This document shows, piece by piece, positions 19,318 to 28,179 of a stretch of DNA of 59,774 nucleotides. The DNA comes from Acetobacteraceae bacterium (GTDB taxonomy: Bacteria > Pseudomonadota > Alphaproteobacteria > Acetobacterales > Acetobacteraceae). Location: positions 1-59,774 of the forward strand of contig DAIEHR010000059.1 of assembly GCA_027353465.1 (NCBI GenBank), read 5' to 3'. Below the pieces are notes generated by a model that saw nothing but the letters and a program-made list of their open reading frames with translations, was not told the DNA's origin and made no database searches. How positions within the stretch are numbered: the first letter of the stretch is position 1; each line of letters begins with the position of its first letter. A program made the position numbers and the translations under genes.

Positions 19318-20154
19318 ATGAACGCTGAATCCCACCACGTCGTCCGGGTCGGCGATATCCAAATCGGCAATCGCCTTCCGTTCGTGCTGATCGCCGGACC
19401 ATGCCAGATCGAATCCGCCGAACACGCGCTGGGCATTGCCCATGCGTTGAAGGCGATTTCCGACCGCACCGGGGTCAAAATCATCTACAAGTCCAGCTAC
19501 GACAAGGCGAACCGCACCAGCGCCGCGGCGGCACGCGGGATCGGGATGGAAGCGGGCTTGCGCATCCTCAGCGATGTGCGCGCCGCGACCGGTCTGCCCG
19601 TGCTGACCGATGTGCATACGGAAGAACAGTGCCGCGTCGCCGGGCAGGTGGTGGATGTCCTCCAGATTCCCGCCTTCCTGTCGCGGCAGACCGATTTGCT
19701 GCTGGCGGCCGGCGAAACCGGGCGGGCGGTCAATGTGAAGAAGGGGCAGTTCCTGGCGCCATGGGACATGGCGAACGTGGCGGCCAAGATCGCCAGCACC
19801 GGCAACCAGAACATCCTGCTGTGCGAGCGCGGGGTGAGCTTCGGCTACAATACTCTTGTCAGCGACATGCGCAGCCTGCCGATCATGGCCCGCACCGGCT
19901 ACCCCGTTGTGTTCGACGCGACCCACTCGGTGCAGCAGCCGGGTGGGCAGGGCACGTCCTCGGGCGGCCAGCGGGAGTTCGCACCGGTCCTCGCCCGCGC
20001 CGCCCTGGCGGTCGGGTGCGCCGCGGTGTTCATCGAAACGCACCAGGATCCGGATCATGCACCCAGCGACGGGCCCAACATGATCCCGCTCGACCAGATG
20101 GAGGTGCTGATCACCCGGTTGGCGGCCTTCGACCGGTTGTCGAAATCCGCCTGA
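19318..20154 (+). CDS. kdsA: 3-deoxy-8-phosphooctulonate (KDO8P) synthase
   Basis: IAGPCQIES, KSSYDKANRTS, QIPAFLSRQTDL, KKGQFLAP, ERGVSFGY, FDATHSVQQPG and APSDG. Confidence 0.96.
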   Translation: MNAESHHVVRVGDIQIGNRLPFVLIAGPCQIESAEHALGIAHALKAISDRTGVKIIYKSSYDKANRTSAAAARGIGMEAGLRILSDVRAATGLPVLTDVHTEEQCRVAGQVVDVLQIPAFLSRQTDLLLAAGETGRAVNVKKGQFLAPWDMANVAAKIASTGNQNILLCERGVSFGYNTLVSDMRSLPIMARTGYPVVFDATHSVQQPGGQGTSSGGQREFAPVLARAALAVGCAAVFIETHQDPDHAPSDGPNMIPLDQMEVLITRLAAFDRLSKSA

Positions 20155-20163
20155 CCGTTCCGC

Positions 20164-21234
20164 TCAGCAGTCCAGCCGGTACACAAGCCGGGCGGTGCCG
20201 GCGAAAATGGCAGCTTTTTCGTCGGCGGAGCAGCCGGAGGTGATCCGCTTCAGGGCGTTGAACAACGCCGCGAAGCCGATCCCCATTTTTTCCACCGGGA
20301 AGTTGCTCTCGGCGATACAGCGGTCGGCGCCGAACAGTTCGATGCAGGTTTCCACATAGGGGCGCCAGTGCGTTGCGAGTTGTTCCGACGACGGCGGTGC
20401 GTCGATGCCCATGTAATCGTATGCGGCGAGGCGCATCATCATCCCGCCCAGCTTCATTGTCACGTTCGGGCACTTCGCCAGTTCGGTGACGGATGCTTTC
20501 CAGTCGGCGAACACCTGTTCGTTCTTGCCGGCATAGCGGCCATAGCCCAGCGGGCCGCCGCAATGGCCGACGATAATGCTGCTGGCGGGGAAGGCGCGCG
20601 CGAGGGCGGTTATGTCGGGGATTTGCGGATGAAAGCCCCACGCATCCAGCGACAACCCTAGCGCCGCCAGCCGCGCCATCCCCGCCCTGAAATCCGGGCG
20701 TAGATACAATCCGGGCTGGATGCCGGGCGCGCTGTTGCCGATGACCGGATCCGCATCGTACCCCGCCGAGTGCCGAACGCCGCGGAAGCGTCCTCCGCCC
20801 GCCCTGATATGCGCTTCCAGCACCGGGGTAACCCAGTCGCCCGCGGTCAGGTCGGCATAGCCGACGATGCCCGCCGCGACCCTGGTTTTGCCGTAGCCGC
20901 CGCTGTCGCTCATCGCGGCGATGCCGGCGACGAACTCGGTTTCCCCAACGGGGCGCATCTGAACCGGCCCGGCGGCCCGATACATCGAATGACACTGCAA
21001 AAACACGCTGCCGACGATGTTGTGGCCGGTGGCGCAATCGGCGAGGAATTCATCGATCAGATAGCGAAAGGCCGGCACGTCCCATGACTCGCCGCTGGCG
21101 CTGCCCACACGGTGCCACAGGTGATGATGCGTATCGATGATTGGCAGGTCCGGATCGATGATCGGTTCCGGAGGGGCTTTTGCCAGCCAGGAATCCCGTG
21201 GCGGAAAGATGCGGCCGAAAGCGGTCGTGGTCAT
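20164..21234 (-). CDS. Amidohydrolase_2 family metal-dependent hydrolase
   Basis: IDTHHHLW, PVGETEF, RFRGVRH, PNVTMKLGG and FGADRCIAESNFPVEK. Confidence 0.88.
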   Translation of the reverse strand: MTTTAFGRIFPPRDSWLAKAPPEPIIDPDLPIIDTHHHLWHRVGSASGESWDVPAFRYLIDEFLADCATGHNIVGSVFLQCHSMYRAAGPVQMRPVGETEFVAGIAAMSDSGGYGKTRVAAGIVGYADLTAGDWVTPVLEAHIRAGGGRFRGVRHSAGYDADPVIGNSAPGIQPGLYLRPDFRAGMARLAALGLSLDAWGFHPQIPDITALARAFPASSIIVGHCGGPLGYGRYAGKNEQVFADWKASVTELAKCPNVTMKLGGMMMRLAAYDYMGIDAPPSSEQLATHWRPYVETCIELFGADRCIAESNFPVEKMGIGFAALFNALKRITSGCSADEKAAIFAGTARLVYRLDC

Positions 21235-21451
21235 TGGTGTTTCCCGGTTTATTTATTGTCGCGATGGCGGATTACCGCACGCCTGGCACGAACGCTCAAC
21301 CCGGCGGCCGGGCACCTTGATCGCGAAGGGGCGCGCGTTTACGGTCTGCCGGCCGCATCCAGCGGCCTGATCAATCGAAATTCATGCCGTGTACCCGCGG
21401 GCGCCGGTGCCCACCGGTCAACTGCGTGCAACGGAAAATCTAGGATATCGT

Positions 21452-22684
21452 ATGACAATTTCTCGCCGTAATGCCCTGGCTGGGGGCACCGCCGCCATTG
21501 CCTTGGGTGCCGCCAGCGACCGGGTGCGGGCGCAATCGGGAAAGCCCACCATCCGGATCGGCGTGCTCACCGATTTGTCTGGCCAATATCGGGACAATTC
21601 GGGCCCGACCACCGTGCTGGCCGCGAAGCAGGCTGTCGAGGATTTCAAGCCGAACGGCTTCAATGTCGAAATTCTGGCCTCCGATCATCAGCAAAAGCCT
21701 GATGTTGGCTCCGCCATCGCCCGCCAGTGGTTCGATCGCGACCAGGTGGACGCGATCGCTGATGTCAACAACACCGCTATCGCCTTGGCGGTGAACCGCG
21801 TGGTGCTGGAAAAGAACAAGGCGCTGCTGATTTCCGGCGCGGCTTCGGCCGATCTGACCGGCAAGTATTGCAGTCCGAACGCGGTGCACTTCTCCCCGGA
21901 TACGTGGTTCGATTCGCATTCCACGGGCGGGGCGATCCTGAAGGATGGCGGGCGGAGTTGGTACCTGATCGTCGCCGACTACACATTTGGCCACGCCCTG
22001 GCGAACGATCTGACCGACCTGGTGACCAAAAGTGGCGGCAAGGTGCTGGGCAGCGCGCCATACCCGTTCCCGGGCACGACCGATTATTCGTCGTTCCTGT
22101 TACAGGCGCAGGCCAGCGGTGCTCAGGTGATCGGCCTGTGCAACACTGGCGGCGACATGGAAAACTGCGTCAAGCAGGCCGCTGAGTTCAACCTGATGAA
22201 GCAGGGCGTGAAGGTCGCCGCGCTGGTGGGCTTCATCACCGAGGTAAAGTCGATGGGGCTGGAGACGGCGCAGGGCCTGCTGATCTCCGGTACGTTCTAC
22301 TGGAACCTGAACGACCGGACGCGCGCCTTCACCAAGCGGTTTCTGCCGAAGACGCCGAACAACTATCCCAGCGACCTGCACGCCTCCTGCTACGCCGCCG
22401 TGACGCATTACCTGAAGGCGGTTGCGGCGTTGGGTCCGGCCAAGGCGAAGGCGGGGCTGGACGCCATCAATTGGATGAAGGCCAACCCTACGGACGACGA
22501 TTGCTTCGGCGCCGCCTCGATCCGTCCGGACGGGCGCTTCATTTGCCCCGGCTACCTGTTCCAGGTGAAAACCCCGGCACAGAGCAACAGCGAGTGGGAT
22601 GTATTCAATGTGCTGTCCACCACCCCGGCCGACAAGGCGTTCCGGCCAATGGCAGAGGGCGGCTGCGGCTTGATCCACGCCTGA
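21452..22684 (+). CDS. Branched-chain/aromatic-acid type ABC substrate-binding protein, Tat signal (paralog of 16823-18043)
   Basis: ISRRNAL, GVLTDLSGQY, DHQQKPD, SADLTGKYC and FYWNLNDRTR. Confidence 0.88.
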   Translation: MTISRRNALAGGTAAIALGAASDRVRAQSGKPTIRIGVLTDLSGQYRDNSGPTTVLAAKQAVEDFKPNGFNVEILASDHQQKPDVGSAIARQWFDRDQVDAIADVNNTAIALAVNRVVLEKNKALLISGAASADLTGKYCSPNAVHFSPDTWFDSHSTGGAILKDGGRSWYLIVADYTFGHALANDLTDLVTKSGGKVLGSAPYPFPGTTDYSSFLLQAQASGAQVIGLCNTGGDMENCVKQAAEFNLMKQGVKVAALVGFITEVKSMGLETAQGLLISGTFYWNLNDRTRAFTKRFLPKTPNNYPSDLHASCYAAVTHYLKAVAALGPAKAKAGLDAINWMKANPTDDDCFGAASIRPDGRFICPGYLFQVKTPAQSNSEWDVFNVLSTTPADKAFRPMAEGGCGLIHA

Positions 22685-22690
22685 CGACCA

Positions 22691-22719
22691 GGGCGCCCGG
22701 TCAACCAAACCGGGCGCCC
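22691..22719. terminator. GC-rich hairpin between convergent genes (possible bidirectional terminator)
   Basis: GGGCGCCCGGT-N7-ACCGGGCGCCC, a perfect 11-bp stem with no clear U-tract. Confidence 0.5.
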
Positions 22720-22722
22720 CGC

Positions 22723-23319
22723 TCAATGTGCCGGCGGCGGCTCCGACGTGCTGAAGGGTTGCGTGGCATTTTGCGCCGGGGGTGCCGCGGCTGTCGGCGG
22801 GGGATTGGCCTGCATCTGGCGGGTGAGATCGCGGATGCACCGGCCAAACGTGTCACTGATCGCGGTCGATCCAGCCAATGACAACGCCCAGGGCGGCTCG
22901 TTCCCATCGGGGAACGTCAAGGTCATTGACGCGGCGCCGCGAAACTGCCGGTCGAAGGTCTGGATCGCGGCGGCGTCAAGGGTCCAGTCGATCGTGCGTC
23001 CGTGCCCAATGGCCTGGACTGTGGAGGGAACATTCAGCCCAACCTGAATGACAACGGTGACATGGGTATCATCGGGAATCGACCAGTTGGGCTTGCTGGT
23101 CGAAAATGTGGTGTCGGTGCCGCCGATATCGAACCGAATCGAGAAATCCCGAGTTCTCGACGCGTCGGATGTAGAGATGCCGCAAACCGCTCCACCTGAT
23201 GGGCTGCGTCCGCTGAACGCCGACCAAGCACCGGAATGGTAGTAGGTTTGTACCTGGGCAATCGCAGCGACGGGCACAACCCCGATTATCAGAGCGACAA
23301 GTCTGGACAGATATTTCAT
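22723..23319 (-). CDS. Exported hypothetical protein
   Basis: Sec signal peptide (…AAIAQ), AAGG SD, two Cys residues and a Pro/Ala-rich tail. Divergent from mltB. Confidence 0.75.
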   Translation of the reverse strand: MKYLSRLVALIIGVVPVAAIAQVQTYYHSGAWSAFSGRSPSGGAVCGISTSDASRTRDFSIRFDIGGTDTTFSTSKPNWSIPDDTHVTVVIQVGLNVPSTVQAIGHGRTIDWTLDAAAIQTFDRQFRGAASMTLTFPDGNEPPWALSLAGSTAISDTFGRCIRDLTRQMQANPPPTAAAPPAQNATQPFSTSEPPPAH

Positions 23320-23483
23320 CGGGCGTTCCTTTGGGGCGGTCCGAAAGTAGCGGCTTAGGTCCTAGCGAAAAACGATATCGTTCTCAAATGAAAGTGAGAC
23401 GATTCTGGCCGCCCTGACGGCAACTTCCATGGCCAGCGGAATCCGATTGCTCCGGCGCGGGCTTGCGTGGCAGGAAGCGCGCT

Positions 23484-24449
23484 ATGCCCACCCGCCGCAT
23501 TTTCCTCGCCAGCGCGATTCCCGCGATCGTTTCCGCATCGGCATACGCCGAACCGGCGGATAGTTTTGCCAGCTTCCTGAATGGCGTGCGTGCCGAAGCG
23601 CGGGCTGCCGGTATCGCGCCAGCGACCCTGCAGCGGGCGTTTGCCGGGGTGACGCCGAACCAGAAGGTTCTGGACCGCGACCACCACCAGCCCGAATCGA
23701 CCTGGACCTGGGCGCGTTACCGCGGCGTGGTGATCGGCGACAAGCGAATCGCCGACGGCCGCCAGGCGGTGACGGTAAACCGGGCGCTGTTTCAGCGGGT
23801 GGAACAGCGCTTCGGCGTGGGGTCTGGCGCGGTTGCCGGGATATGGGGGCTGGAGTCCAGCTACGGCACCGGAACAGGCGATTTCCGCGTCGTTGAGGCG
23901 TTGGCAACCCTGGCGTGGGAGGGCCGGCGCGCCAGCTTTTTCCGCGGCGAATTGATGGCGGCGCTGAAAATCCTCGATCATGGCGACGTCACGCCGGGCG
24001 CGATGACGGGATCCTATGCCGGTGCGATGGGCCAGCCGCAGTTCATGCCCACCAGCTATCTGCGCTATGCCGTCGATTTCGATGGACATGGCCGCCGGGA
24101 CATCTGGACAAATAAGGCGGACGTTCTGGGGTCAATCGCCAACTATCTGGCGCGATCCGGTTGGCGCGCGGGTGAAACCTGGGGCCAAGCCGTCAGCGTT
24201 CCGCCCGGCGTGACGGCGCTGGGGCGGGAGACTAAGCGCCCGTTGTCGGACTGGGCGCGGGCCGGGGTCCGGCCGCTGAACGGCCGCTGGGCGGCAGGGT
24301 CCGACACACCAAGCGGCTTACTGGCGCCGGACGGTACTGGCGGGGATACGTTCGTGGTGTTCGCCAATTTCAACGCGATCAGGCGGTACAACCCCTCGGA
24401 CTATTACGCGCTCGCGGTCGGGTTGATCGGCGATCAGGTGACGGTGTGA
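23484..24449 (+). CDS. mltB: Lytic murein transglycosylase B family
   Basis: IWGLESSYG (catalytic Glu), GSYAGAMGQPQFMPTSY, EF-hand-like DFDGHGRRD and RYNPSDYYA. Confidence 0.9.
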   Translation: MPTRRIFLASAIPAIVSASAYAEPADSFASFLNGVRAEARAAGIAPATLQRAFAGVTPNQKVLDRDHHQPESTWTWARYRGVVIGDKRIADGRQAVTVNRALFQRVEQRFGVGSGAVAGIWGLESSYGTGTGDFRVVEALATLAWEGRRASFFRGELMAALKILDHGDVTPGAMTGSYAGAMGQPQFMPTSYLRYAVDFDGHGRRDIWTNKADVLGSIANYLARSGWRAGETWGQAVSVPPGVTALGRETKRPLSDWARAGVRPLNGRWAAGSDTPSGLLAPDGTGGDTFVVFANFNAIRRYNPSDYYALAVGLIGDQVTV

Positions 24450-25342
24450 GCCGAGGCGGCACAGCGTCTGTGGGCTGGCGTCTGCTGCCGCTGACCTTGG
24501 TGACGTTCGCCTGTACACCGCAGCAGTCACCGAACCCGCATTATGTCCTGGGGGCACCCTATCAGGCCCATAACGTCTGGTATTACCCCAAGGAATCCTT
24601 CGACCTTGATGAAACCGGGCTCGCTCGGGTCACCAACAACGACACCCCCCGGCTGACCACCGATGGGGAGGTGTTCGATCAGTCGGCGCTCGCCGCCGGT
24701 CATCCCACGATCCAACTGCCGGCCATCGCCCGCCTGACCAACCTGGACAATGGCCGGGAGGTGATGGTCCGGATCAATGATCGCGGCACGGGCGACCCGC
24801 ATCGATTGGTCGAGATCACGGCCCGCACCGGGGCGTTACTGAACATTCCGGCCGATGGCGTGGCGCGGGTGCGCCTGCGCGTGCTGCCGGATCAGAGCCA
24901 TGCCGCCGCCGACGCGCTGCCCGGCGCCCCGTCATTGGCCATCATTGCCGCGCCGCGCGGCGATATCCAGTCCGCTGATCTGGCGCCCCCACCGGGGGTC
25001 AGGCAGGGCAACGGGCGGGCGCTGCCGGCCGCTTCGGTTGCCGCACCCGAACGGGGCGTCGTTGCCGCGCCGCCGATGCGCCTGCCAGAGGTTGTGACGC
25101 AGGCGAAGGCGAACCCCGGCCAACTGATGGTGCGGCTGGATACGTTCGAAGAGTATCAATACGCCGCCGTGCAGCGCGCCAAGATGGGTTGGAACAACAC
25201 GAGGATCGTCTCGGTATTCGAAGGGCGGACGCATCGCTTCCGGGTGGAGGTCGGTCCGATGACTGACGTGGCACAGGCGGACGCGGTTCTGGATCATGCC
25301 CTGTCATCCGGAATTCCGGATGCAAAAATCGTGGTGGAATAG
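24446..25342 (+). CDS. rlpA: RlpA family lipoprotein (DPBB plus SPOR-like domain)
   Basis: Lipobox TFAC, GAPYQ..WYYP, GHPTIQLP..RLTNLDNGR..VRINDRG. GTGA overlap with mltB and conserved gene order. Confidence 0.85.
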   Translation: MSRGGTASVGWRLLPLTLVTFACTPQQSPNPHYVLGAPYQAHNVWYYPKESFDLDETGLARVTNNDTPRLTTDGEVFDQSALAAGHPTIQLPAIARLTNLDNGREVMVRINDRGTGDPHRLVEITARTGALLNIPADGVARVRLRVLPDQSHAAADALPGAPSLAIIAAPRGDIQSADLAPPPGVRQGNGRALPAASVAAPERGVVAAPPMRLPEVVTQAKANPGQLMVRLDTFEEYQYAAVQRAKMGWNNTRIVSVFEGRTHRFRVEVGPMTDVAQADAVLDHALSSGIPDAKIVVE

Positions 25343-25356
25343 GAGGTTATGTCGCG

Positions 25357-26568
25357 ATGCTAACCCGTCGTCTTGGCTTGTTGGCATCTGCCCTGATGGT
25401 CGGGGCCGGTCCAGCACTGGCAGAAAAAAAGCACCCTGCCGCGGTCGGACACAAGGGAAAGGATCCGGTGGCCGCGCCAACCGGAAGCCCGGCCGACACG
25501 CCGCTTGGGCCAATCGATACCACGGCCCGGTGGGCTTACATTCAAGACTTCGATACCGGTGCCAGCCTGTTGGAAAAGCAGGCGGATGAGGAAGTCCCGC
25601 CGTCGTCGATGACCAAGCTGATGACCATCTACCTGTTGTACGACCAACTCAAACAAGGGCGGATGAAGCTGGATGATGAACTGCCGGTCAGCGAAAGGGC
25701 CTGGCGGATGCAGGGATCCAAAATGTACGTGCCGGTCGGCGGCATGGTGAGGGTCGAGGATCTGATTCGCGGCATCATCGTTCAATCCGGTAACGACGCG
25801 GCGATCGTGGTGGCTGAGGCGATCGGCGGGTCGGAGGAGCAGTTTGTCGAGAAAATGAATGCGAAGGCCAAGCAACTCGGCCTAACCCATTCATTCTTCA
25901 AGAATTGCACCGGTTGGCCTGACCCGGAACAGCACATGAGCGTGCGCGACATCGCGACGTTGGCTGGCGCCATCATCAGGGAATTCCCGGATTACTATCA
26001 CTACGATTCCGAAAAAACTTTCAAATACAATGGGATCGAGCAAGGCAATCGCAACCCGATGGTCCAAAAGGGAACCGCGGATGGCCTGAAGACAGGTCAC
26101 ACCGAGGCTGGCGGTTATGGCCTGGTCGCAAGTTCAAAGCACAACGGCCGCCGGGTGATCCTGGTGCTGAACGGCATGGGCTCGATGCGCGAACGCGCGG
26201 AGGAGTCCGAGCGGCTGATGGACTGGGCGTTTTTCAATTTCGAGGATGTGACGCTGTTCAGCGCCGGCGACACCATCGAGCAAGTGCCCGTTTGGCTGGG
26301 TACGTCCCATTCGGTGCCGTTGGTGACCGGACGCGACATCACGGTGACAATGCCGCGCAACTGGCGACAGAAAGCCTCGGTCAAGGTTGGTTTCAATACG
26401 CCACTGACCGCGCCGGTCGCCAAGGGCGACGTCGTGGGCAAGTTGATCCTGGCGGGCGACGGCGTGCCGCATCTGGAGGTACCGCTGATGGCCGGCGCCG
26501 ACGTGCCCCGGCTGGGGCTTCCGGGGCGCGCGATGGCCGTGCTGTCGAAATACGTCAGCGGCACATGA
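25357..26568 (+). CDS. dacA: D-alanyl-D-alanine carboxypeptidase (PBP5/6)
   Basis: SMTK (SxxK), SGND (SxN) and KTG motifs. Confidence 0.92.
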   Translation: MLTRRLGLLASALMVGAGPALAEKKHPAAVGHKGKDPVAAPTGSPADTPLGPIDTTARWAYIQDFDTGASLLEKQADEEVPPSSMTKLMTIYLLYDQLKQGRMKLDDELPVSERAWRMQGSKMYVPVGGMVRVEDLIRGIIVQSGNDAAIVVAEAIGGSEEQFVEKMNAKAKQLGLTHSFFKNCTGWPDPEQHMSVRDIATLAGAIIREFPDYYHYDSEKTFKYNGIEQGNRNPMVQKGTADGLKTGHTEAGGYGLVASSKHNGRRVILVLNGMGSMRERAEESERLMDWAFFNFEDVTLFSAGDTIEQVPVWLGTSHSVPLVTGRDITVTMPRNWRQKASVKVGFNTPLTAPVAKGDVVGKLILAGDGVPHLEVPLMAGADVPRLGLPGRAMAVLSKYVSGT

Positions 26569-27182
26569 TCCCGGGCCGTTTCGTCACCCTGGAAGGCGGC
26601 GAGGGCGCCGGCAAGACCACACAATCGGCCTTGCTGGCCCAGGCGCTGACAGAGCGCGGAACTAACGTGCTGCGGACCCGCGAACCCGGCGGGTCTCCCG
26701 GTGCGGAGTTGTTACGTGGGATCCTGCTGGGCGGATCGATCGATTGGTCGCCGCGCGCCGAAACCCTGCTGCATTTCGCTGCCAGGGCGGAGCATGTCGC
26801 CAAGACCGTCCGTCCCGCGATCGAAGCTGGCACCTGGGTGATTTGCGATCGCTTCTACGACTCGACGATGGCCTACCAGGGATACGGGCAGGGGGCGGAT
26901 CGGGCCTTCATCGCGGCGCAAATCCGCCTGCTGGGGATCGATCCGGACCTGACCCTGGTGCTGGACGTTCCCGAAGCCGTGGCCGCCGCCCGTATGCGCC
27001 AGCGCGGCGGCGATGCCGACCGTTATGAGCGGCTGGACGCGGGGTTTCATGCCCGCGTGCGCCAAGGGTTCCGCGACATCGCCGCCGCCGCACCCGGACG
27101 CTGCGTGATGGTGGATGCGTCGGGCGATATCGAAACCGTGCAGGCGCTGATCGCCGGCCACATCACCCGAATCCTCGACTGA
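26565..27182 (+). CDS. tmk: Thymidylate kinase
   Basis: EGGEGAGKTT P-loop, TREPGG and CDRFYDSTMAYQG. ATGA overlap with dacA. Confidence 0.95.
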   Translation: MIPGRFVTLEGGEGAGKTTQSALLAQALTERGTNVLRTREPGGSPGAELLRGILLGGSIDWSPRAETLLHFAARAEHVAKTVRPAIEAGTWVICDRFYDSTMAYQGYGQGADRAFIAAQIRLLGIDPDLTLVLDVPEAVAAARMRQRGGDADRYERLDAGFHARVRQGFRDIAAAAPGRCVMVDASGDIETVQALIAGHITRILD

Positions 27183-27300
27183 CGGCTTGTGGCGAAAACA
27201 ACGAATCGTTTGAAGAAAGCCACCGACCTCTCATCGTCATGGCGGGCGGAGGCCGGCGTTCGTGCCATGGAACGGTTATTTCTCTGTAGTCCCTGACGGC

Positions 27301-28068
27301 CTAGCGGCCTTTCCAGTTCGGCTTGCGCTTCTCGATGAACGCCGCGCGCGCTTCCTTCCCATCTTCTGATTTCGACAGAGCGACCGTCATGCCTTGCTCG
27401 AAACGATAGGCGTCGCGCGGCGGCATGTGCATCGTCACGTTCATCGACTGCTTGGCATAGCGCATCGCCAGCGGGCTTTTGGATGCGATCTCGGTCGCCA
27501 GCTTCATCGCCTCTGGCATCAACTGCTCCAGCGGGACGCAGCATTCGATGACGCCGGTGCGATACAGCTCCTCTGCCGGCACACGCCAGCCGGTGAAAAA
27601 CATCCGCCGCGCCCTGGACCGCCCGAAGAACTGTTGCATCATGGTGGCACCGCCCATCAGGCCGATATCGATCTCTGGCATACCCATTACCGCGTTGTCC
27701 GATGCCAGAATGATGTCGCAGGCCGCGACCAGACCGAATCCGGCGCCCAGGGCCGGGCCGTTGCAGGCGCAGATCACCGGCTTTGCGCATTCATGGATGG
27801 AGTTGAACATCTCCCGCACGTAACGGTTGAACGCCCAGTATTCGCCGGGCGTATCGCCGGTCGGCCGAGCCTTCATGTCGGCGCCAGCGGAGAACATTTT
27901 GCCAAACCCGGTCAGGATGACGACGCGTACATCGTCGCGGTCGGAGAATCCGTCGAACGCCGCGATCAGTTCCTCGCGGAATTTGGTGTCCTGCGCGTTG
28001 ACCGGCTGGCGGTTCATCACGACGGTGGCAATGTAGTCCGCGACGGTGATCTGCAGATAGTCGGCCAT
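27301..28068 (-). CDS. Enoyl-CoA hydratase/isomerase
   Basis: FSAGADM, KPVICACNGPALGAG and MPEIDIG. Start MADYLQ after a GGAGG SD. Confidence 0.9.
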   Translation of the reverse strand: MADYLQITVADYIATVVMNRQPVNAQDTKFREELIAAFDGFSDRDDVRVVILTGFGKMFSAGADMKARPTGDTPGEYWAFNRYVREMFNSIHECAKPVICACNGPALGAGFGLVAACDIILASDNAVMGMPEIDIGLMGGATMMQQFFGRSRARRMFFTGWRVPAEELYRTGVIECCVPLEQLMPEAMKLATEIASKSPLAMRYAKQSMNVTMHMPPRDAYRFEQGMTVALSKSEDGKEARAAFIEKRKPNWKGR

Positions 28069-28179
28069 TTTCGGTTCCTCCAGATTGGCATTTGTCCCGG
28101 TCGTGCCATAGGTTCCGGTCACGGTCCAGCAACCGCCTGGATGGCGGGGCCCGGGCAGCAACAGGGAGCGGGAAACGAG

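Noticed and set aside
27394-28179. Apparent N-terminal extensions in the ORF track (797-aa acyl-CoA synthetase, 532-aa radical SAM, 599-aa GT-C, 412-aa ACT protein, 316-aa Mo enzyme)
   Set aside because: The extensions overlap neighbouring real genes. Internal ATGs with SD sequences or stop/start overlaps give family-typical lengths, so these are not fusions.
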